NCBI RefSeq assembly: GCF_018350175.1
Contig: NC_058368.1
Location: 135,038,001 to 135,102,000 of the forward strand
Length of the DNA: 64,000 nt
Direction of reading: 5' to 3'
Source of the DNA: Felis catus
Lineage: Eukaryota
The translations under genes and the position numbers were made by a program. Under the pieces are notes generated by a model. It did no database searches and was not told the DNA's origin. It worked only from the letters and a program-made list of their open reading frames with translations. Of this stretch, positions 12,748-22,165 are shown in pieces (the stretch's first letter is position 1; each line of letters begins with the position of its first letter).

Positions 12748-14097
12748 GGTTATCAGCAAAATGATAATAAATTAGGGAATTTCACTAGATAACAATGTTA
12801 TTGAGGAGTGACACTGGAACGAAATATCTTCAAGCAAAGTATCTTCAAGAGTAGTTTTTCTGGGGTAGTGCCTTTTCTTTTTTTCTGGCGATAGTGATGT
12901 TATTGTTTTCAGGAAAGGTGATTTAGTAAATGAGCAATTAATGCAACTCGAATCTTAGATCTCCATAAGTTTTTTTTTTTTTTTTTTAAGCATGAATCAG
13001 AATTTTTTTATTCTAACTCAGCTCTGCCAATTTTATCTGTGTGATTCTGTGCAAACAACCTAATTTCTCTGGGCCTCAATTCTCTCCTCTATAAGAAAGA
13101 AGGTTTGGATATATGATGTGGAGCAGGACCCTTCCTGATCTTGAGTCAAACTGATTCAAAAAGTAGATGTTATTAACGGACTAGTGCCCTCTGCAGGCAA
13201 CTTGTTCCGAATGTGAGAACCCATTAAAGGGGATGTTAGCAAAATTCTCGTGGTGTATTTAACGTTGTGGCTTAGTGTCCAACAATTGTATTTTGTTACC
13301 CAATAAACCACGGTTGTGAAGCAATTAAGTTTTCAGATTTTGTTTAGATCTCATTTCACAGACAAGGAACATGAGGACTATCATAGCTGGGAACTTTTCC
13401 AATCCCTTCAGAGTAAGGTTGGGGCTTGAATACAAGTCTCTTGATACTCTGTTCAGTGGTGTCCAGTGGTGACCTTTCCAGTCTTTTACAGATGTCTTCA
13501 AAATGCTCTTTCCTCCCCTTGTCAGGTAGCACTGGAACTCAGCATTTTCTAAATATTCTATGTACTTACTACCTTTAAGAGTTGATGAAGTCTGGATTTT
13601 TCCATTAGAGCAGGAAACGGCCGCTTCACCATTGCCTGGTAATTAAGTGAGCACCTTGTTGTAAAGTTGCTTTCTTGCAACTCTTCTTGCTACTGACGGG
13701 GAGGTCGTTTACTGACATTGCCAGCAGAAAATGTATGCATGCTCAATATCGGATTGATTCACTTTCAGTTCAAGGACTGCTAAAAATTTTAATCCTTCCT
13801 GCTGAGACCAATTCAGAAGTTGGGACACACTCTTCACTGCTAAGGTGGAGGACACAGAAAAAAATGTCCTGGACAGCTTTCAGTAAAAATCTGAGTCTGT
13901 GTAAGCCTGCTTTAAATATTTTTAAAATTAACTCACATTTCAGTTTTTACTATTTCACAAGCGATGTTTGTGCCTTATAGAAAGTTATAAATTCAGATAA
14001 AGAAAAATAAGAAAATTACAGCACCATATTCCTACCATCCACCGATTACCACTGTTAACACACCTGTGCATATATCCTGAAAGCTGTTTCTGTGCTT

Positions 14098-14372
14098 TGA
14101 TGGGGTTCAGGGATATTGAGGCAGAATGTACCATTTTGGCATGCGGCTTATTTGAACTAAAGGCATTCAAGACCTAACACACTCAAGAAGAGCTTTTTAG
14201 GGTCGCCTCAGTGGCTCAGTCAATTGGGCGCCAAGTCCTGATTTCGGTTCAGGTCATGATCCCAGGGTCATGGGATTAAGCCTCGCGCTGGGCTCTGCAA
14301 TGGGCATAGAACCTGCTTAAGTTTCTCTCTCCCTCTCCCTCTGCCTTTCCCCTGTGTGCACATTCTCTCTCT

Positions 14373-14417
<45 letters not shown>

Positions 14418-14790
14418 AGAAAAGAAAAGAGAGTGTTTTACCTCTCCCTTAACTCCATAAAAAAATTTAGATAGGGAGCCTATACCAGGGAAAGCACTAC
14501 TACCAGAGATAACTTTTTACATCAGAAACACTTCTCTGCATGGCATGGCAAACACCTGATTGCCAAACATACGCTTTTCCAATCTTCCTATGAATCATTT
14601 CCCTTCCTTTGAAGCCCCCAAACCCTACACCCTTCTCCTTAGCTCATGATGGCATACAAACCTTGATTTGCCACCTTTGACCATCTCATGTCTGTGTGAA
14701 GCTCCTGTACATACAAAATTAAACGTGTTTTTCTCCTATGAATCTGTCTTGTACTGATTTAATTACTAGGCCAGCCAAAGAATCTAGAAT
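14098..14790 (+). mobile_element. Solo ERV1 LTR (MER34/MER39-like) interrupted by a SINE
   Basis: 'tggggttcag...ccattttggcat' start and 'attaaacgtgtttttctcctatgaatctgtct...ggccagccaaagaatctagaa' end. Confidence 0.65.
14200..14428 (+). mobile_element. Older-type SINEC nested in the solo LTR
   Basis: gggtcgcctcagtggctcagtc head, (CT)n, A-rich tail. Confidence 0.88.
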
Positions 14791-15349
14791 CTACACACAT
14801 ATGAATATACGTACACATATTTTTACGGAAAGGTGATCACATGCTGTCTGTAACCTGCTTTCTTTAAAGATATCAATCTTTCCTTGCCAATACATCTTCC
14901 CCTGATCTAAAGTTCAGTCTGTATTCAAATTTCCCCTGCTTATCCACAAAAATTCACTTTACAGTTGACTTCTCCAAACTGAACTCCAGCTTAGGACCTT
15001 GCATTGTACCTAGTCATTATGTCCCTTAAAAATCTTTAATCTAGTGTGATTCCTTCCCTCTCTTTATTATTATTTATTTTTTCATTAAACTTTGTTGAAG
15101 AGAAGAGGGCAGGATGAGATTTTGTGTGTTTTTCTTTCCTTTTCTCTTTCAGATTTTATTCTTTACATACATCAGACTTTTAGGAAATCTCTCCATTCGG
15201 TCTTATCTTCCCCTGCAAAAGATACTGCTTTAATGGCATAATGGATGGTCAACTGTTTCAATCTGAAGTTTTTAGCCTAAAATGAAATCTGGAAGCCTGA
15301 TCAAACGTCCCTATTTTTCTTTCATTTCTCCCTCTTCTCCCATTCCCCC

Positions 15350-16140
15350 ACCCTCAGAACAGAGAAAATCAACCAAAACGATGTCAGGCCCTGTGATAAG
15401 CTATAGTTATAAACAAAAAAGGCCTGGCCTTTATTCTCAAGGGGCATAGAGTCTAGTGGGGGAGTCAGACGGTATATGAATCATTAACATTAAATGCTTT
15501 ATTAAATGATGACAAATACAAAGGCTAAGAAGGCAAAGTATAGAATATGAGGTGTTGGGGCATGAGAGATGGCTCAGGGAAGAAAGTGGCCGGGTTTAAT
15601 AGGGAAGCCTTCTCCCGAGGAGTAACATTTAAATTGTAGTTAGTTAAGGAGAGTTCGGGGGGAAGACTGTTCCAGGCGCTGGGAACAGCATTTGCAGCAG
15701 TGCTGAGATTTAGGAGTCATGACCAGCCTCGCTGGGATAAGGGGAATCAGAGGGAAAACAGAATGAGATGGAGCTGGAAAGCTAGGCAGAGGCTAGCCCC
15801 TTCAGAGGCCAAAGGCCACGTGAATGACTTTTAGACTTAATTATATGGGCAAGAGGGAGCATTGAAGAGCTCTCGATAGGGAAGACACCTAGTCAGATTT
15901 AGTGTTTTACGGAGATCACATTGATCATTGTGAGGGCAGTATACTGAAGAGACAGTTAGAATGCCACTGTGATTGTCCAGCTGAGATGATGCTTTGGCCT
16001 AGAATGCCGGGTGGAATTGATTGCCGGCGAGTGACTTCTCAGATATTTAGCTAATCCGAAACTGGAGTAAAAAAGACTTGAGGACTGACTGGATGGGGAG
16101 AGGCGAGGGAGGGGTGTGGGAAGAGGAGGAACCAAAGGCA
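15350..16140 (-). mobile_element. L2 LINE fragment
   Basis: Purine-rich L2-like motifs ('gtctagtgggggagtcagac', 'gttccaggcgctgggaacagcatttgc', 'gactgactggatggggagagg'); degraded L2-like sequence appears to continue to ~17900. Confidence 0.65.
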
Positions 16141-18784
16141 AGAATCAGTCTGTTTCTGTAGAGCGATCGCAGCCCAGTTCAAACTAGCTTAAGCCTGAAA
16201 GGAAACGGATTGATTCAAGTCTGGGTAAAGTCCTAGAAGTAGATCAGATGCTTCAGACCTGGCTGGATCCAGGAGTTCAGTTGATGTTTTTAGGAGCAGG
16301 TCCCTTTCGGATCGTATACCTGCTGCCTTGGCTTTACTCTTTTCCTCATGGTAGCAAGACAGCCCCTGGGAGCTCCAGATTTACAGCCTCATAGGGTAGC
16401 AACTCCAGCAGAAGAGAACTTCTCGGTATTTTCAGGAAGTATCATACCACTGAGCCTAATTGGCTAGTCTCTGGTAAAGCAAACACTCTTGGAGCTAAAA
16501 AAAAAAAATAAAAATAAAAAAAAAAGGCAGAAGCTATTCCATCTGGAGCAAATAGATGTAGGATGGTGGAGGACGTCTGAGCAGCTATCACCAGCACAGG
16601 AGGCAATGGATGCTAGGCAGACAAGAAGAAGAGTGCTTACGACAGGTAACAACAACTAGGGCTTTCACAGGCACAACTGACTGGATGGTGGGGTCATGTG
16701 CTACAGGAAGAATAAAGTGCTGAGAGGAAAGGTCACAAGTTCAAGTTTGCACATGTTCCTCTTGAGGCCTATGAAACTCATACATGCAGATGTCAAGTAG
16801 GCAGATGGGTACATGGGTCTGAAGCTTAGTAGAAAGTTCTTGGCAACGGTTCAGTTTGGGGACTTATCAGTGCACAGGATATGGATAAGATCATCTGAGA
16901 AGTGTGTCAAGTAAAAAAAAAAAATTAACAGATGAGTAGAAGAAGAGGGAGAATCTTCAGAAGAGAACACAAAAGCTCTGGTCAGCCAGTTAAAAGGAAA
17001 CCCGGTGGGAATGGTGTTGTAAAAGTTTGGAATGTTTCCCCGAAGATGAGTATAGAATGTCTAACTCTGTGTTATACCTCTGAGAGATAAAACAAAACGG
17101 CATGGTGTCCATTGAACCTAAGAACCTGGAGATCATTGGTGAGCTTAGTCAGTGGAACAGGTTTGGATAGAGGGATGGGGAAGGAAGCTGGATTTGATAG
17201 AAGCTTGAAGAGTGAAAAGGAATTTCAAAAGATGGTAAAAAGGACAAGTTTACTATGAATAGGTGGAGACTGACAAAATAATGGACAGCATATGAGATGG
17301 GGGTGTCTAAGGAAGGTTCTCTGTTTTGTCCTTTTTTTTTTTGACAGACATCAACTTTTTGAGGAGGAACATTGGAAATAAACACACTAACAGACAAGAA
17401 AATGGCATCCAGAGCACAGTGCATGGAAAGATCTTAGAATAGAGAAGGAGCACATAATTCAAGAACACTTATAGATCTCATGGCCAGAAGACAAAGTTGT
17501 GGCCATCTGATGGCTTCTGTTGTCTCTATGAAGTAAGAAGTCGCCTCCTTCTAGGGAGGAAGGGATCTGAGGTTTGAAAGGAGTAAACTTGAAACAGGGT
17601 ACAGAAAAACACACTGGAGCTCAAGCAAGATCTGACCAGTGGCCCAGCAAAAGCTGACTTTGGCATTAATCTGACCAGTTGGTGATTTCCTACAGCAGCT
17701 CCCCATAGTCTGAGTGCTGAACCTGAGGAGATGGACAGCCGGTCAGCAATGTGATTGAAGAGCACAGTAAAAAGGAGTTGATGGCACAGCAAAATCCTAC
17801 CATAACATTACAGGGTCCAAAAATTCAGTTGCACACAAAGGAGAGCCCTGCTATGCCTAGGTTAGTGAAATGACAATGGGGGATGATGCATGGAGGATGT
17901 CTACTGAGCTCATGCTACTATAGGACGTGTTCTCATAGGCTTTTACTGAGTATACAGGAGAATGACTGAAAGTCTGTACCATGGAATCCCTGTTGGGTAG
18001 GGAGGCAGGGGAGAAGAGAGCACTGAAAACAGGAGGCTGACAAGAGGAGGACCCAAAAGCGGAACAACAGCTTTGGAAAACCGAGAGAGCTGGCCATCAA
18101 CAATACAGAGTGGGCCTTGGGAAAGAGAGAAAGTCTCTCGACCCGAGGCACACTGACCCGGGCGTTGGCAGGTGTCAGCTCCACCACTTATTCACCCTGT
18201 GGCTTTGCCTCTTCTTAAGATTCCTGATTTAAAAATGGGGCATAATGTTATCTTTTCTGCTCACCTCGCTGCGCTGTTGTCAACAGTCGGATGAAGTGCT
18301 ATAAAAGTACGAGTCATATTAGAAAACAAACTCACATGTCTCCTTTTTTCCACTGTGACAGAGAGAGCCTATGTGGAACAAGAGGTGGTTACCCAAGAAC
18401 TCACCACTGAATAGTGCTGGGCTCACAAGTGCACTGTGCTTGGGTTTGGGGAGGAAAAACAAACTTCGCATACTCTGCCCACAGCTGTTGCTGTTTACTA
18501 AAAAGCTGTTCTTCGGCAATGCTGTGGTTCTATTTTAATTTTTCAATTGTTTGTTTTCACACCATGACAATCTAACCTTCCTGGATCATTCAGACAGACT
18601 AAAACATGAGATCAGGGCACGCAGCTGGACTACTGATGCGTCCCAGTGATACTGTTGAGGTTACTGAGTCTCTTCCTGATGCAGCCACTGTATTTTTAAC
18701 CCTTTATTCCTATTCTCTGTTTGTTCTCTTTTCCCTACGAATCTCCTACTCTGGGAAAAACAAAAAACAAAACCCTGTGTCTCC

Positions 18785-19310
18785 TATGATGGTCTCTGTT
18801 TCAGTAAATGGCACCACTACTCACCCAGTTGTTCAAGCCAAAAACTTGGGATTCATTCTTGCTTCCTGCCTTTCCCTGATATTCATTCCACTGGCAGGTC
18901 TGGTTGCCACGACAAATCCACCCTTCGTGGTCTTTACCATCATAGCCGAAGTCCAGCGACCATCATCTCTCACAGGGACAACTGCAGCAATGCTTACCTG
19001 TCTCCATGTTTGCCTGCCTATAATCGATTCTCCCACAATCTATTCTCTAAAGCCCTCTTTTTCAAACCATATGCTATATATCCCCTAGAATAAGATCTGC
19101 CCCACCCCCCACTCCCACTTCACTCAAGCTACCCTAACCTTCCTGTGAGTCCTTGAACTTGCCAAGCTTGTTTTAGCCTTAGGTCCTTTGCCACAGCTGT
19201 TCTCTTGCCTTGGAATGTTGTTCTTCCTGATCTTCAAATGGCTGGTTCTCTCTTGTTATTCAAATCGCAGACTGCCGCCTCCTCAGAGACTCCTTCCCTG
19301 ACCATTCAGC
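18785..19310 (+). mobile_element. L2 LINE fragment
   Basis: 'cagtaaatggcaccactactcacccagttgttcaagccaaaaacttgggattcattcttg' and 'ctcctcagagactccttccctgacc'. Confidence 0.7.
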
Positions 19311-19644
19311 CAAAAACGGAATGAATGATTTCCTCTGTCCCACAGAAACATATACTTCCTTTTCCCTGTCCTTTCTTGTCTACCCTTCTTTTCCTTTTCA
19401 CTCTTAAAAAGTTCTCTTTAACCCACTTTTTTTAAGTTGACTTTGGTTTATATTAAACATTACTCAGAATTCCCCATGCAACACTTGTATGGCTTAATTA
19501 CTGGTGCAAACATTGCCTTGGGGGCCAAACTTATTCCTCCCTTCCTCCTTCTTTCTTTCCATTCCTCCTCTTGTCTTTCCCTCCCTTTCTCCTTCCTTCT
19601 CTCTCTTCCTCCCTTCCATTACATAAATACCCATAGGCTGCCAT

Positions 19645-20034
19645 TGAAAGGGCGGGCCTACACCAGCCGACTCCATCTTGTTCTGTGTCCTTCACCTTGA
19701 CCACACCTCCTCCCCTTGACTCCATCTTGTTCTGTGTCCTTCACCTTGACCACACCTCCTCCCCTCGAGTAAACCCTCCCTCACCTGCCGGACCCTTCCC
19801 CAGGACCCCTCCCCAGCCAATCGGCTGAGGCCATAGCCATTACCTCACCAACTGCCCCCAGGCCCCAATAAAACCTTTGTCCTTTTGAAACTCGCTCTCT
19901 TTCCCTGGTATCTCACCGCTGCGTCGGTGCAGGTAGGGGATTGAGCTCGAGCTAGCTCGAATAAAGGCTCTTTGCTTTTGCATCGGACTCGGCTCCCTAG
20001 TGGTCTTTGGGGATCACGAATTCTGGGCATAACA
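19645..20034 (+). repeat. 5' LTR (390 bp)
   Basis: TGAAAG...ATAACA; CCAAT ~19817, TATA-like AATAAAA ~19867, poly(A) signal AATAAA 19960-19965; matches the 3' LTR except A19662 vs G24515. Confidence 0.98.
19669..19766 (+). promoter_or_regulatory. U3 tandem duplication, 2 x 49 bp (enhancer-like)
   Basis: gactccatcttgttctgtgtccttcaccttgaccacacctcctcccct(t/c) twice, in both LTRs; enhancer function is inferred. Confidence 0.8.
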
Positions 20035-20036
20035 TT

Positions 20037-20055
20037 TGGGGGCTCGGCCCGGGAT
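20037..20055 (+). promoter_or_regulatory. Primer binding site, tRNA-Pro-like variant
   Basis: TGGGGGCTCGGCCCGGGAT 2 nt after the LTR end; canonical PBS-Pro is TGGGGGCTCGTCCGGGAT. Confidence 0.9.
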
Positions 20056-20100
20056 CCCCAAGACCCCGAGGGACCCCCGACCCGGAGAGCCTGACTGGCC

Positions 20101-20109
20101 ACGGTTAGT
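20101..20109 (+). promoter_or_regulatory. Probable major splice donor (ACG|GTTAGT)
   Basis: Donor-like sequence at the expected position between the PBS and the packaging signal. Confidence 0.6.
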
Positions 20110-20170
20110 GTCTGTTTGTTCTGTCTTTTCTGTGTGAGCTCATTTCTGGAATTCTGGTAGTGCCCGACGC

Positions 20171-20233
20171 GGTCTAGGTGGACGCACTGGAGGACCACGG
20201 GCCGGGAGTTTCGGAAGACGTTCCGATTCTCCC
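20171..20233 (+). other. Core packaging signal: two tandem GACG-tetraloop hairpins
   Basis: GGTC-TAG-GTG[GACG]CAC-TGG-AG-GACC and GGGAG-TT-TCGGAA[GACG]TTCCGA-TT-CTCCC; same layout as MLV SL-C/SL-D. Confidence 0.8.
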
Positions 20234-20236
20234 TTC

Positions 20237-20396
20237 TGGAGGGACGTGGAATCCCCTCAAAGGTCTGAGACGAGGCGGGTCGCTCCCGCTGGTCGGCGTG
20301 AGGCCGTCGTCTTTGGAGGGACGTGGAATCCCCTCATCGGTTTTGGAGGGACGTGGAATCCCCTCATCGGTTTTGGAGGGACATGGAATCCCCTCA
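20237..20396 (+). repeat. Leader repeat: 4 copies of TGGAGGGAC(G/A)TGGAATCCCCTCA, the last three in a 30-bp tandem
   Basis: Copies start at 20237, 20314, 20344 and 20374. Confidence 0.93.
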
Positions 20397-20514
20397 AATG
20401 TCTAAGCTAGCTCTCAGTTTTGCTTCCATGGAGTTGGAAGACTTTCTAGGGGCCCTCTGTTTGTCTGTTTTTGTGTTTCTCTGTTTTGCTCTGTGGACTT
20501 ACTGGACGGACATT

Positions 20515-22107
20515 ATGGGACAGATTCAGACTACTCCTCTAAGTATTATGATTGATCACTTTAAGGATGTGAGGGGAAGAGCTAACAACCTCAGTGTGTA
20601 AGTCCGAAAGGGTCGGTTGCAGTTTTTTTGTTCTAGCGAGTGGCCAACTTTCAATGTCGGATGGCCACCAGAGGGGACCTTCGACCTCCCTACCATCCAC
20701 CAAGTCAGGAGTATCATTTCTCAGCCTAAGACGGGCCATCTTGATCAGCTCCCTTACATTATCACTTGGCAGGACCTTGTAGAAGACCCACCCTCTTGGC
20801 TTAAGCCCTTCCTAACCCTGCTCCCTCCGGAGCCAAAACCCATTCTTGCTTTGCAGGAGACAGAGAAGAGGAAACGTCTTACCCAGCCTTCAGCACCCCT
20901 CTACCCTGTCCTACAGGGGAGTACTGAAGAAGAATTAATTTTTCCTCCCCCGTATAACCCCTCTAGGATGCCGGAAGAATGCCATCCTCCCCCTCCGGGG
21001 GAGGCACACGCTGCTCCGAGAGCGGGAGGCGGAAACACTCCAGGGGGAAGCCCGCCATTTACCAGACAAAGGGCTCAGAGGGAGCAATCCGCCTCTGCCG
21101 CCGACTCTACTATTCTGCCCCTGCGAGCCACCGGACCCCCAGACGCGGAGGGGAATCAGCCCCATCACTATTGGCCTTTCGCCACTAGTGACCTCTACAA
21201 TTGGAAAGCTCAGAATCCTAAGTTTTCTGAGAAACCGGCAGGGCTTATTGATTTATTAGACTCTGTTCTTTTTACCCATCAGCCCACGTGGGACGATTGC
21301 CAGCAGCTTTTACAGGTCCTGTTCACGACTGAAGAAAGAGAAAGAATCCTCAATGAGGCCCGAAAACTAGTTCCGGGCGCAGACGGGAATCCCACCACCA
21401 ACCAGGCTCAGATAGAGGCCTCCTTCCCCTTAACTCGGCCCCAGTGGGATTTCAACACGGCAGAAGGTAAGGAGAGGCTCCGGGTCTACCGCCAGACTCT
21501 AATGGGGGGTCTCCGAATGGCTGCTAGAAAGCCAACCAATTTGGCCAAGGTAGGAAATGTACAACAGGGAAAAGATGAATCTCCGGCTGCCTTTTTAGAA
21601 AGGATCATGGAGGCATTCCGTACCTATACCCCCATGGATCCAGAGGCTCTGGAAAGCAAGGCAGCTGTTATCATGGCCTTTGTAAACCAATCGGCCATAG
21701 ACATTAGGAGAAAATTACAGAAAATAGATAGACTAGGAGAAAAAAGTCTGCAGGACTTACTGGTGGTAGCCGAAAAGGTATATAATAACCGGGAGCCTCC
21801 TGAGGACAAGCAGGCTCGCGCCATGGCGGCTGCCAGCAGTAAGCAGACTCGAGACCTGGCCAGAATACTGCTAGCTACCACTGCTGACTTCCCCGAGGAA
21901 CGAGACCGCCGTCTCCGGCAGCTGGCAGATGACGCAAGAAAAGGTAAAAGCACCACCAAGGGGGGGAAGCAGAGGCTGCAGAAGGATCAGTGCACATACT
22001 GCAAGGAGATAGGGCATTGGGCCCGAGATTGTCCGAAATGGGCCGGCTGGAAGGGAAGCAAGACTGATCGAGTAAAAGTCCTAGAGCTGGATGAACTAAG
22101 TGATTAG
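20515..22107 (+). pseudogene. gag: Gammaretroviral Gag (MA-p12-CA-NC) with one premature TAA at 20599-20601
   Basis: MGQ start, FCSSEWPTF, PSAP and PPPY late domains, MHR QGKDESPAAFLERIMEAFRTYT, CCHC knuckle CTYCKEIGHWARDC; frame continuous across the stop. Confidence 0.96.
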
Positions 22108-22165
22108 GGGAGTCAGGGTTCAGACCCTCTCCCCGAACCCAGGGTAACTCTTAAAGTGGAGGGGA
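22105..22165 (+). other. gag-pol amber read-through signal (UAG, spacer, pseudoknot)
   Basis: TAG GGGAGTCA GGGTTCAG ACCCTCTCCCCGAACCC...GTGGAGGGG resembles the MLV read-through pseudoknot; pol is in frame with gag. Confidence 0.8.

Noticed and set aside
18606..19088. 160-aa ORF upstream of the provirus
   Set aside because: Largely overlaps a degraded L2 fragment; no support as a host gene.
20237..20396. CRISPR-like repeat array
   Set aside because: Eukaryotic retroviral leader, no unique spacers of consistent length, no cas genes.
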